Assembly: GCF_001194135.2 (NCBI RefSeq)
Contig: NC_068989.1
Coordinates: forward strand, 50,860,890-50,907,451
DNA from: Octopus bimaculoides
Lineage: Eukaryota
DNA: 46,562 bases
Direction: 5' to 3'
Part shown: in pieces, positions 14,809-27,258 of the stretch
Layout: the number at the start of each line of letters is the position of its first letter
Position numbering within the stretch: the first letter of the stretch is position 1
The notes under the pieces: model-generated
The model's database searches: none
Told to the model about the DNA's origin: nothing
What the model saw: the letters and a program-made list of their open reading frames with translations, nothing else
Translations under genes and position numbers: made by a program

Positions 14809-15280
14809 CTCCTCCCATTGTCCTCCCCGTCCCCCGTCCCCTCGACGGAATTTCAACTCAGAAGTGGAAAGTATTTCACTTTACCGCAAGATGAAAACTG
14901 TTTCGAACTATATACAAAATCGAAACGTTTATCTATGATCTAATCCTTCAATTAAATTTTGACACAGTTTTAGGAGATATAATACGGTAATTGGAAAGTA
15001 AAAACGAAACTATATTAACGACTTACCTTATAGTATCTCATTAATACTTTGCTAGCATACAGTTGTCTATATTTAATTTGAAAAGACTTTGTGGATGTAA
15101 TGGGCTTCGCAGAGATTTTACTATCAATCAGCTATGGTAGTAGTTGAATAATATTCTTAAGGCTGCAATTTACTAACACACATCTTTCAGAGCATGTCAC
15201 TCATTCAGTTCTTGACGAAACTGATAACTGTTATCATTTTTGAAGAAGGCTGGTCCCCAGCTACATTTTAGCGTTAACAA

Positions 15281-16346
15281 ACGGAAGTGACAAACGAGTA
15301 TATTCGGCATATTTCGCTTTATGTGTTCCATAAAGCAACGATGCAATGGAAAATGCGAGGAATATTAATGCAGTATATGGGGACCGGTCAGTAAGCGTAA
15401 GTCAGTGTGAACGGTGGTTATAGAATTCCCTAGCCGGAAACTACAGCCTAGAAGATGAGCTTCAGGCTGGACGATCTGTAGAACTCAACGAGAACTCCTT
15501 GCAAACTCTGTTGGAACAAAATCCCAACGTAAATGTTCAGGAACTGGGAGAACATCATGGAGTTGGTAATTCAACCATTCATCGACATTTGCGTGTCGTC
15601 GGAAAAGTCAGCAAATTTGGTCAATGGATTCCTCACAAATTTCCTGAGTCTAATCTTGCGCAGAGAGTGACTGTGCGCTCTACTTTGCTGTGACATCTCA
15701 TGAATGAATGGTGACGAGAAATGGATTCTCTATAAAAATCTTAAGCGCCAAAGAAAGTGGGTATGGAGGAGAAAGATGGTCTTTACCCACGTAAGGTGTT
15801 GTTACGGCTTCGGTGTAACATCAAATGTTTAGGTCACTTGAACATTTAAGCACAAACCAAATGATTAGATAAGAGATCTACTACGAGCAGCTTGAGCGGC
15901 TTAAATCAGCGCTAGAAGAAAAACGACCATCTTTGGTTTCAATACGAAAGGTGGTTGTTCTTTCATTAGAATAATGCTCGGCCACATACAGCGAGGATGA
16001 CATTCCAAAGACTGGAACAATTTCAATGGGAAACGATGCTTCACCCACCATATTCACCGCAGATGTCCCCATCTGATTATCATTTATTCCGCAGTCTTAA
16101 ATATCATTTGGACGGAAAAATATGAATTCATTAGACGAGGTCAAAACAGTATTGGAGGAGTATTTTTCGACACGGACAAGTAAATTTTGGAAGAGGGGCC
16201 TTGCAAGTCTACCAGATAGATGGAAGTGCGTTGCAGAAAATGTAGGAGTGTATATTTTGCATTAGAAAAGAACTTCGTTTATCTTAATTTTGAAAAATAA
16301 AGATGTTTAAAAAATAAACGCATTATTTATGGGATGGCCTAAGATA
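15281..16346 (+). mobile_element. Decayed mariner (Tc1/mariner, D,D34D type) transposon; 3' TIR present, 5' TIR not found
   Basis: Broken frames give EVTNEYIRH, SLEDELQAGRSVELN, GQWIPHK (WVPHEL motif), GDEKWILY, NNARPHT and HPPYSPQMSPSDYHLF. Many stops and frameshifts, and a deletion before GDEKW. 3' end aaacgcattatttatgggatggcctaa is TIR-like. Confidence 0.92.
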
Positions 16347-17395
16347 TGATTACGGCAAATCAAATAAAAAAAAAACAATTAGTCAATAAGATTGGGCAGA
16401 CTGTAAGAAAATTGATAAGGTGAGACAGACTAAAATATATATATTATTAGAAAGTCGTTGCTTGAAAACAAGTAACAGAATTACCTATCCTTATATGTTT
16501 ACATTAACTAAAATTTCATACTTTACTGAAGATATATCCGTTTCTTGTAGAGAATAAATATCATATGCTCACAATTGTGGATGAAAACGTTAAAGGAATC
16601 AAAGAGAAACAGTATATATANNNNNNNNNNNNNNNNNNNNNNNNNNNNNNNNNNNNNNNNNNNNNNNNNNNNNNNNNNNNNNNNNNNNNNNNNNNNNNNN
16701 NNNNNNNNNNNNNNNNNNNNNNNNNNNNNNNNNNNNNNNNNNNNNNNNNNNNNNNNNNNNNNNNNNNNNNNTATATATATATATATATATGTTGTTGTAC
16801 TTGGGGATGGTCATATTGCCAGTTTAGCCAATAAAAACACACGCACTGTATATTTGGTGTTAATTTGCTTCAGCTTTATATTACATTAATCTTAATCTTA
16901 TTTCTAGCTGAGAATGTATTCTGCGAGAACATATTTAATTGTCAGCGAAACTGAAAAAGATTCTTGAATGTTTCATAAAGATGAAAATATTTGCAATTAT
17001 GTATCGAGTAAAGCTAAAACAAAAGATATTGTAGCTAAGTAGCGAAGCGATTGCTGGAAAATGTTTTTTTAGTTCTGAAGGTAACCCATTATCAGTAATG
17101 AAATTATTTTGATGTTGTTTACATCTTACTGCTATCACACCTCTTCCACTGCTGTACAATAGTATCTATGATTTCGCCAAGTAATGAAAAACATATAGAT
17201 AAAGGGATTTATGACTTTAGATGTTAACAAAATCTACATCTTCCTGTATAGCGATTAGCACTCATATTGTCAAAATAGTAATCTGATCTAACGGAGTAAA
17301 TCAACATTTTAGCATATAAAGATAAACACCCGTTAAGGTTTTTCCTTTACTTTCGTTTATACATACAAGCCATTATGTATTTAAGGATGTAATAT

Positions 17396-17608
17396 GGGGA
17401 GCTGGTAGGACATTAGCGTGACGAGGAAAATGCTTTGCTACATTTTGTTAGCGTGTACATTCTAACATCAAATTCCACAAAGGTTGACTTTGCCTTTTAT
17501 CCTTTCGGGTTGGATAAAATTGGTACTAGTTTAAGCCTAGAGGTGAGGTATTCCACCAACCCGCTTCCCTGAAATTGCTTGCTCTGTCCCAAACTTTGAA
17601 ACCATTAT
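17396..17608 (+). mobile_element. Diverged copy of SINE family A
   Basis: caaattccacaaaggttgactttgccttttatcctttcgggttggataaaattggtactag matches the family A core at 27620-27690; tail ccctgaaattgcttgctctgtcccaaactttgaaacc. Confidence 0.75.
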
Positions 17609-18552
17609 TTAATTTTTCTCTGTTATAATTAGGAACCAAAAACCAATTATGAGATTTTGATAATCTGTCTTATGGCATTACAAATATACTTCACTTTTGT
17701 TTGGTTAATATCAATATCTAATTGACACATGTTGCTGTAAATCAAATTTAGTTTATGCATTTATGTGAAAGAAATTATAAAGTAGTTCTAGAAATTGATA
17801 GCCTCTCAAAGTACTGCGTGTAGGTACTTGTCAGTAGAACCTATATGTTAAATTGTGGGTCATGCACAAGATTCTGCATATTTGTATTCGTAAAGACACC
17901 CCTAGGATAACTTTAAGTTCATTCCAAAAATATTAGGTATCACTCTTTAATTAAACGGACTTTAATACTCCTGGCATAGATCACTTTCCAGTATCCATTG
18001 TGAGTAGGATTGGGCACTGCATTTAGCTAATATGATTAAGAGCCTCGTCAACAATGGGACATGAATAATCATACATATAGACGCATAAATCACGCACGTA
18101 GACACATACACACACATAAATATACATATATACATACAGACACGAACATGCAACTACACATACGCATATATGTATATATATATATATATATATATGGGTG
18201 GGGGAAGTATATAATATATAGAGACGTACAATAAATTAAAAACTTACACTAGGTTGTTTAATAGCAGGATTTAACTTCTTGGATGATAGTACCAATAGTC
18301 TCCCATTTCGCTGTCTCCTAACCGACTTTAGTTGATCATTGTTACTGTATTCTAATGGTGATAAAGAATGTTCAATTCCGTTTGAAGTATGAGTCAAGCT
18401 TTCATACTAGAGGTTAAGTTGGCTACATTATTCTGAATGTGTTTTTGTTTCTGCGCCTGTATGGAGACCTTTATGCTAATAACTTTTACTGTTACCGTGT
18501 TCATATCAAGTTATGAATATATACATACATACATATATACATGTATACGTAC

Positions 18553-18587
<35 letters not shown>

Positions 18588-18983
18588 NNNNNNNNNNNNN
18601 NNNNNNNNNNNNNNNNNNNNNNNNNNNNNNNNNNNNNNNNNNNNNNNNNNNNNNNNNNNNNNNNNNNNNNNNNNNNNNNNNNNNNNNNNNNNNNNNNNNN
18701 NNNNNNNNNNNNNNNNNNNNNNNNNNNNNNNNNNNNNNNNNNNNNNNNNNNNNNNNNNNNNNNNNNNNNNNNNNNNNNNNNNNNNNNNNNNNNNNNNNNN
18801 NNNNNNNNNNNNNNNNNNNNNNNNNNNNNNNNNNNNTATACATACACACATATGTAATTATGTATATATATATTAATTTATATATGGCACATTTTTATAT
18901 ATGTTTCATTATGTATGTATATGTATCTAATTGCATTAATATACTCCTTTAAGTTTTGTGCATATATATTTATATGGCAGTAG

Positions 18984-19023
<40 letters not shown>

Positions 19024-20351
19024 TTACTGGCAATATATATAAAGCAATGTAGGTTATACTAATAGAATTAGTCAGTTTACTCCCAATTGCTTATTGAATA
19101 GAGAATAGAACAGAATAAACATGGAAAGAAAATGTAAAATGTGTGCATATTTAATAGGTACTTTACTCTTTCAGTTATTACAATATCCATAATGTTTCCC
19201 TATATTTATTCATTGATTTAATAACGAGTTTAAGGTCATTCTGCTTCTATTATTAAATTAATAAAATATTGAATACTAGTGTCACATGTATGGATAGTAG
19301 ATAGATTCGGGAAACATATGGAATTATGCAAATATGAAATGAAGAATAATGCTAATAGCAGTACATCTATGTCATTCTATTTGGGTATCTCAAAGGAATC
19401 TATGTGGGTTAGTTTAATGTGACGGTACGAAGAAACGAATTCTGTGTAGAAATTTTATAATCTAGTATGATTTCCAAAGTTGAACAATTTATCAGCTATG
19501 CAATGACTAAAAGCAATTCAATGTTCAATTTAGTGAATTAAAAATTGTCCATAATTGAAAAATATTTTGAGGTATATTACATTTCAAGGAACCGTATGTA
19601 ACTTAAATGTTTGACTTCTACTTTCCATTGAATATTCCAAACATATAATTTGGTGCACTGACGATGTCGACCCTTAAAACATTTTGTGCACTACATACAT
19701 TATCTCTGTTCCTTTTCCTCATATAGTAGATATGTCGAAACAATCTTCAGCGAAAAGAAATATAGTTTCATAGTGAGGCTATTAAAACTAATGCATGCAC
19801 AGTAAGGAACGTACACAGACGCTCACATACACGCGCAGACATACGAACATACACAGATTCGATTACACACATATAATTGATTTAGTATTGACTAACACTT
19901 TTTTTACATACCTTTTTACATACCTTGAATGCGAAAAAGTAACTGAAAACGAACAGTTTAAATTTTCTAGTTATTTCAACTTTAGTTGGCAGTTTCCTAC
20001 CCTCATCATTTTAGCATAACTTTAGCATTTAATCTATTTAGGTTTAGCTTTGTTGTAAGTGACATATCGCTAGATATTAGATTAAACAAGGAGAAAAATA
20101 CGCAAAAGAGACTGAATACTTGTGAGAATATAGCCACGGGGCTTCATTGATAAATGCACGCGTATGCCTCTGAACGACACATATATACGTATAAAGAGCC
20201 ACGTGTAACAGCAGTTGTATATACATAGATATATATCTACACATATACATACACAGACACACCAGCATCGACACACATACACACACATGTATACATACAT
20301 ACACGCACATATGTATATGAATACATATGAATATATGTATACATAGATACG

Positions 20352-20422
<71 letters not shown>

Positions 20423-20425
<3 letters not shown>

Positions 20426-21184
20426 ACTTATAATTATACACATAATTACAGCAAGGGCTTGGCTTGTGCCTTACTACGCACTGAAAAATAGACGTCAAAA
20501 GACACTATTACCAGATACATTCTCCGCGAAAAACGCACCAAATTATAGGCTATCAAAAGAAAGAAAATGAATTAAAACTTTTGGTTACCCGCGTACAGGA
20601 TCGTGTTTCGAGCTTAAACTAATAAAAATAATAACCTATTGCACTCATCAGCGTCGGTATTCCAAAGCATAAATATACGAGTGTCGACGAATATGTAAAC
20701 GAGCTGCGACTTCGCTTAACTAATATCCGTCCACACTCGCAGAAATATGCCGCAAAAGTAGAATTCACATCTCTCTCTTATACCCACGTGTAGTGTGTTA
20801 AGATCAAATCTGCAGTTAAAACAATTTTGATCAAGGAGTAATTTTTTCAAATATTAACTATAATAATAAAGGGTAAGAATCGTTAATGCTTTTTACCAAG
20901 TTGTCAGTGCGTAAAGAAAAACCTCAAAGGTAAATTTTACAAATAATTTATAATTAATATGCATAATTATAACAAGAGCTTGGCTTGTGCCTCGGAGAAT
21001 TTATGATGATAACAGTGTCTTTTAACATCTACTTTTCAGTGCGTGGTGAGGCACAAGGTAAGCCATTGCTATAACTATGTACATAATTATAAATTATTTG
21101 TAAAATTAACCTATGAGGTTTTTATTTACGCACTGACAACTTGGTAAATATCATTAACGCTTTTTACTCTTTATTATTATAATT
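20423..21184. repeat. Foldback structure: inverted arms 20855-20993 / 21048-21184, plus a partial copy 20423-20528
   Basis: The reverse complement of 20855-20993 aligns along its length with 21048-21184. 20423-20528 is the reverse complement of about 20992-21097. Confidence 0.9.
20589..20657 (-). ncRNA. Type I hammerhead ribozyme motif, slightly decayed
   Basis: Minus strand ccgacg-CTGATGA-gtgc-(27 nt)-gctc-GAAA-cacgatcctGTA-cgcgg. Core intact; stem I 5 bp with one bulge; stem II 3 of 4 pairs; stem III one substitution from the palindrome ACAGGATCCTGT. Confidence 0.6.
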
Positions 21185-21370
21185 GCAAAGATAATCTGGA
21201 ACTCGACTGAGGCAAGAAAGCTTCAAATGACCCGTCGGTATTTTTTCTTGTCCGTCTTTTGTATCATCTGTCTGGATGTTTTGTTGTCCCTTTTTTTATC
21301 ATCTAGCTGTCTGGATGTTTTGCGTTCTTGTCCCATATTTGTATTCATTTTCATATACATATGGCGACGT

Positions 21371-21401
<31 letters not shown>

Positions 21402-22051
21402 TATATATGTATATCTAAACTTTGTACGACACTCATATTCTTTCATTCTTTCTTTCTATCAACCCCTTCACACTTACTTCGTTCTTTCTAGTCTTCTTTC
21501 TTTCGTTCCCCCTCTCTCACATTTCCTGGCTTTCTCATCATTCTCACCTTCCCTCCCCTTTCACTTCATTCTCTGCCTTTTTCTCGTCCCTCACTAATAC
21601 TTCTGTCCTTCTACCTCTATCTCTCTTCTTTCTCCCCAAGTGACCGATGTTCGGCCAAGCCTGACCTTTCTTTCTTAGTTCGACTACCATCAGTGCAACA
21701 TCTATATTCCTCCCCATGCCAATCATCTCATATCCCTGTCGTAAGGCTTCACTTTCACGCACACCAGCTTAATTTAATTCGTCCTTAGTCGAAAGACATC
21801 TGTTGTTATGTCCTGTTATTTGCATTTGTATTTGTGTAACATTTTCCCGTCTTTTTCCGTCTTTTTCCGTCCTTGTTTTCGTATACATTTGCTGCTTTCT
21901 TCTAAAGAATCTAATGCTCTTAGCTTAGCCTTTACTTAGGGCTGGCAGATTGGAGCAATCTTTATGATAACCGCCCAAAATTGCAAAGATAATTTGGGAC
22001 TCGACTGAAGAAAGAAAACTTCGAATGACCCGTCCGTGTTTATTCTTTCCC
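21181..22051 (+). repeat. Interspersed repeat with a directly repeated segment at both ends (21181-21236 and 21979-22034)
   Basis: aattgcaaagataatctggaactcgactgaggcaagaaagcttcaaatgacccgtc versus aattgcaaagataatttgggactcgactgaagaaagaaaacttcgaatgacccgtc; family not assigned. Confidence 0.75.
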
Positions 22052-22231
22052 NNNNNNNNNNNNNNNNNNNNNNNNNNNNNNNNNNNNNNNNNNNNNNNNN
22101 NNNNNNNNNNNNNNNNNNNNNNNNNNNNNNNNNNNNNNNNNNNNNNNNNNNNNNNNNNNNNNNNNNNNNNNNNNNNNNNNNNNNNNNNNNNNNNNNNNNN
22201 NNNNNNNNNNNTATATATATATATATATATA

Positions 22232-23439
22232 TCAGGTTGTCAAGAAAGTTCTTGCGAAATTTTACTTTGGATTTTAAATGATGTATTTTCAAATTAATTT
22301 TTGTTAAATTACTTTGACTTTATATATCATTTTAAATCCTGTTTTTCGCTCTATCTAATCCTGTTACTCTTTTTCTTTTTTAGTAATTAGGCCATTTATC
22401 CGGAACGTTGAATACAACATGGATAAAAAGAAAAGTAGGACAAGTTTCTTATTCAAGTTTAAGCTAGGCTGAAAACCTGCTGAAACAGCTCGCGATATCA
22501 ACCATGCGTTTGGTCCAGGAACCTCTAATGAACGTACAGTACAATGGTGGTTCAAGAAATTTCATAGCAGTGACAAGAGTCTTGAAGATGATAAGCGTAG
22601 CTGTCGGTCATCGGATGTTGACAACGATTATATAAGAGCCTTAGTGGAAGCCAATCCACGCACAAGTGTTTGAAAGCTTCCTTCTGAATTAGACGTAACG
22701 TATACGACACTTTCCAACCACTTGAAAGAGATTGGAAAAAGAAAAGTACTTAAGAAATAAGTGCAGCAGGAATTGAACGACAACCAAGAAAAACAAACGT
22801 TTTGAAGTGTCATCCCTTCTTTTACGCAACAAGAACGACCCGTTTCTCAACCGGATTGTGACTTGCGATGAAAAGTGGATTCTTTACGACAACCGGGGAC
22901 ACTCAGCTCAGTTGGTGGCTGGACGCTAATGAAGCTCCACAGCACTTCTCGAAGCCAAAGTTGCACTAAAAGAAGGTTGTGGTGAGTGTTTGGTGGTCTG
23001 CGGCCGGTCTCATCCATCACAGATTTTTGGATCCAGGCGAAACCATTATTGTCAGTAAATGGAAGAAATGCATAAGAAATTCTGACAACAACAGCTAGCA
23101 TTGGTCGATAGAAAAGGACCAATTCTTCTCCACAACAACGCTCAGCCGCACGCCGCACAACTGACCCTGCAGAAGTTGAACGAAATGGGCTACGAAACTC
23201 TCTCGACACCTTCCTGCGTGAGAAATGTGAGAAATGCTTTAAAAACCAAGTCGATGCTAAACACGCATTCAACGACTTTATCACCACCAGAACGCTTGAT
23301 TTTTACGCTACTGCTATGAAGAAACTTGCTTCGCGTTGGCAAATGTGTGTTGATTCTGATTTCGATTAATAAAGTTTTGTTTGAACCGAGATATGTGCAA
23401 CTGATTTTAAAGGTTAAAAACCGCAAGAACCTTCTTGAC
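22232..23439 (+). mobile_element. Decayed near-full-length mariner transposon with both TIRs; transposase pseudogene 22419-23369
   Basis: 5' tcaggttgtcaagaaagttcttgcg and 3' cgcaagaaccttcttgac are inverted repeats. Frames give MDKKKSRTSFLFKFKLG, ETARDINHAFG, TVQWWFKKF, FLNRIVTCDEKWILYDN and LLHNNAQPH; the PPYSPDL..DY segment is deleted. Confidence 0.95.
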
Positions 23440-23444
23440 GTGTT

Positions 23445-23493
<49 letters not shown>

Positions 23494-23512
23494 NNNNNNN
23501 NNNNNNNNNNNN

Positions 23513-23544
<32 letters not shown>

Positions 23545-24069
23545 TCCATACTTGCACGCGGCACGCACAAGTATATACACATGTTATCACTGCCTTTATC
23601 TTGTCGGATGTTATGCGTCTCACAGCTCGATTGCTCTGATTTCTTTTCATCCATTACATGTTTACGGTATGTCACTGCATGCAACGCATTCACCCTCGTA
23701 AAACTTACCATAATACAAAGCGAATTATGTAATGAAATTATAGTCAAATATCTCTACGTCATTGGATTTAAGTGACAAACACTTGTGCAACGTTTTTGCC
23801 AATCTCGTGGTTATCATAGAAAGTTCATGTAAGAAGTATTGCAAGATTCATAGCATCTTTCTGCAAGAAGAGCCCGTTTCTTCATGAATTTGCTAAAATG
23901 AACGACACCATTCTGTTACCTCGGGAATATCTATTTGATCTAATGATGTAAGTCAGACTGGTATTAGACTTCCGGGTTGAAAACAACCTGGAGGACATGA
24001 TAAGTAAGGGGCTAAGCCACGTTTTCACAACTGCAGATATATACATATATATTTCTTTTATTGTTCATT

Positions 24070-24283
24070 TGGGGCTAAACAGAAAGGGGACAAACAAAGA
24101 CAGACAGAGGGATTAAGTAGATTACATCGACCCAAGTGCGTAACTGGTTCTTATTTAATCAACCCCGAAAGAATGAAAGGCAAAGTCAACCTCGGCGGAA
24201 TTTGAACTCAGAACGTAACCGTAGAGGAAATAACGCTAAGCATGTCACCTGACGTGCTAACTATTCTGCCGGCTCACCGCCTT
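24070..24283 (-). mobile_element. SINE family A, full-length copy
   Basis: Reverse complement begins aaggcggtgagccggcagaatagttagc, has B-box-like gagttcaaattcc, and ends with ccctctgtctgtctttgtttgtccctttctgtttagcccc as in 27716-27757. Confidence 0.9.
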
Positions 24284-24395
24284 ATATATACTTATATAAT
24301 GCACGCAGGCGCAAGCATATGCACATTTACACACTCACANNNNNNNNNNTATAATGCACGCAGGCGCAAGCATATGCACATTTACACACTCACAC

Positions 24396-24444
<49 letters not shown>

Positions 24445-25699
24445 TAATTTTTAACTACATTTGTCTACGACAAATTCAAAATCGAGCAAACTTGAAAACA
24501 CTTGCGATCTTATCAGGCCACGCATATCATAAAAGTTGATATAAATAAATAATTATGCAAAACAAGCCAACAGTATACTACAATTAGCTATAAATAAATA
24601 TAAATCATAAACATGTTGCTTCTTCGTTCATTATTGATATTAAAGTCCAGTATCCATTAATATCAATAATGAAATTAATGACACTGATAAATCTCTAGCG
24701 TTATTCATTAATCGCAAAATTCAAATTAACATCGAATTACTAATAAATCAAATTTCATAAAAAGAAAAAACAAATCCTTCGCAATATTGTCCAATTAAAT
24801 TAAATTAACACCGCTAAGTTAATATTTACATCATATTCCATAAGCCTATTTACACATCGCTATCTCACTCTCTCTCTCAGTATATATGCATATATGTGTG
24901 TGTGTGTGTGTGAGCATATATGTTCATACATGCATACATTTATATATCGGAATATATACACCCATATGTGCCCATGGCCATATATATGTATGTGTGTGTA
25001 AATATATACATCCACACATGAATATATATGTACATATCTATCTATCTAGTTAATTATCTATCAATCTATGTATATANNNNNNNNNNNNNNNNNNNNNNAT
25101 ATATACATACATACATACATACATGAATGCATACATACATACATACATACATGTATGTATATAATTTACTTCCTGCATGCAGAAAAAAGGAGCACTACAG
25201 ATAACAATCACAGGCCTTCAGAGACACATTCATTTCATGCTGCTAATATTCCGTTTGGATCGTTCATTTGCAAACTGACACCTGTAAGAAAGGAGTTAGT
25301 AGAAAGAAGTTATTAGGTTCATGGCATTATGCATGGTGTGTACTCCTAGGAGAGGAAGGCACATCTACCTAGAGAGGTTCAATATTTGAATGCATGAAAG
25401 TGTAATGTCGGTGAGGGGATGAATTCGGTAACCTCCATAGAAAAATGGGATAGTGGTTTTAATACTCCTCTGGACATATGAAAATTCTTTCACTCATACA
25501 CACATATTCTTATGCATATATATGTATAAGAGTCAAAGGTGTGAGTAAGTGCAATAGACAGACCATAGTTAAGTTCCAGTTTCGGCGTTTATGTGACTGA
25601 GTAGTCCAACGTAGGTCATATATCAGCATGTGTATATATAAAAAAAAACTTGTTTTTCAGAATAAGATAAAAAGGTTTTAGAACGTTTATAAATAGAAG

Positions 25700-25747
25700 G
25701 TCTTACAGCTGTTTCCGGGATATTTATTATATCCCTTCATCGGAGAC
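25700..25747 (-). ncRNA. Minimal type I hammerhead ribozyme motif with a U4C core variant
   Basis: Minus strand gtct-CCGATGA-a-gggatat-aataa-atatccc-g-GAAA-cagctGTA-agac. Stem I 4 bp, stem II 7 bp, palindromic stem III ACAGCTGT, GUA cleavage triplet. Confidence 0.72.
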
Positions 25748-25888
25748 GGTGTGAGAAAATGGCTAAGCAATAGTTAATTTAGACAAGATATGAAATAGAG
25801 CATGAAGTGGAGGAATGAAAATAGATGCGACATATACAGGGATATTGCATTTGTAGATCCATTATTTACGCAGAATGGTATACGCATA

Positions 25889-26060
25889 ACATTCCAATAC
25901 CGTGTGAGTCATTATCACCGGGTCTTCCATTATCTCTCCGTTTGGCAATTCTGTGCCCCTACAATTTACACTTTCCCGCCGCTCCAAAGTAAGCACTGCA
26001 CGCTTTGAGACACCGAATACCATCCCTATATCATTGATGCACATTTGCACAGTTTCTCTA
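25889..26060 (-). mobile_element. Fragment of the RT C-terminal region of an RLE-type non-LTR retrotransposon
   Basis: ETVQMCINDIGMVFGVSKRAVLTLERRESVNCRGTELPNGEIMEDP resembles the DIGMxFGxxKCAVL...GIELPNGE motif of R4/Dong-like RTs. Confidence 0.75.
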
Positions 26061-26182
26061 TTTTAGGCTCTGTTTTTGCGGACAGCTTTAAATCATGAAG
26101 AGAATGTGGTTTAGACTAGGTCCATTCTATCTCAGCTCATCGTGCGCGTTGACTTTGCGTGGGACTACAGAAAGTGGGATAA

Positions 26183-26183
<1 letters not shown>

Positions 26184-26250
<67 letters not shown>

Positions 26251-26258
26251 TTATTATT
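26184..26258. repeat. (CTA)n microsatellite grading into (TTA)n
   Basis: Direct sequence. Confidence 0.95.
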
Positions 26259-26426
26259 ACTGTTATCTTCATTCAATTTTGCTTCTCGAAAACTAGGGCA
26301 ACGTAATTCATTGTTTACATTGATAGTCCATTAAAATAAACACAACAGAATGTTCATTTACAAAGCCGAGCTATGTGCAAGAAAAATGAAAAAGAAAAAC
26401 AATAAATCATGAAAATATCATCATCG

Positions 26427-26460
<34 letters not shown>

Positions 26461-26476
26461 TATTATTATTATTATT

Positions 26477-27191
26477 CAGTAGTTTTATTTTTATAACGTG
26501 CTTTCACTTCACTACCGAGCGCAGCTCTGTGCGCCTTGGGTATGTGCTGTGGTTTGCTGTGGTGCTCTTATGTTTACTGTATTGAAAGTGTTTTGCGTAG
26601 AATGTGTGCAGTACCCAGTAGTGCAATTTTCTGTATGTTATATATATTTGTAAGTCCTGGTGTTTTTGTTATGTATTTGTCTGAATATTTTTTTATTATA
26701 CCTAAGGCACCTACTATGATAGGAATTGTTTCTGTTTTTAGATTCCACATTCGAGTTATCTCTATNNNNNNNNNNNNNNNNNNNNNNNNNNNNNNNNNNN
26801 NNNNNNNNNNNNNNNNNNNNNNNNNNNNNNNNNNNNNNNNNNNNNNNNNNNNNNNNNNNNNNNNNNNNNNNNNNNNNNNNNNNNNNNNNNNNNNNNNNNN
26901 NNNNNNNNNNNNNNCATCAATTAGAAGGCATTTTTTTCCTTCATGATCTTTGACAACTATATCTGGTCTATTTGCCTTAATTTCTCTATCTGTGTGTATT
27001 GGCATATCCCAGAATATGGTTGCTTTCTCGTTTTCTGTGACCTTTTCTGGCGTGTGTTTATACCATCTTTTTTCTGTTGCTATTCCATAATGTTGGCATA
27101 GCTTCCAGTGTATATAGGTCCCAGCTCTGTCGTGTCTGTGAATATATTCCTTCTTAGCCAGGACTGGGCAGCCAGAGATAATATGAGATAA
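26477..27191 (-). mobile_element. 5'-truncated RLE-type (R4/Dong-like) LINE, copy A; stop at 26574-26576; 3' UTR and (TAA)n/(TGA)n tail 26417-26476
   Basis: HIISGCPVLAKKEYIHRHD (end of CCHC knuckle), WDMPIHTDREIKANRPDIVV...LLID (PD..D restriction-like endonuclease) and IPIIVGALG...LLGTAHILRKTL; frame open on both sides of gap 26766-26914. Confidence 0.93.

Positions 27192-27258
<67 letters not shown>
27192..27258. repeat. (ATT)n tract: tail of LINE copy B and 5' junction of copy A
   Basis: Direct sequence. Confidence 0.95.

Noticed and set aside
22005-22034. Hammerhead-like CTGAAGA-aag/ctt-cGAAT...GTC
   Set aside because: GAAA is GAAT, stem I does not pair, and the sister copy at about 21207 reads CTGAGGC.
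24295-24394. 45-bp exact direct repeat
   Set aside because: The copies flank a 10-N gap (24340-24349); most likely overlapping contig ends.
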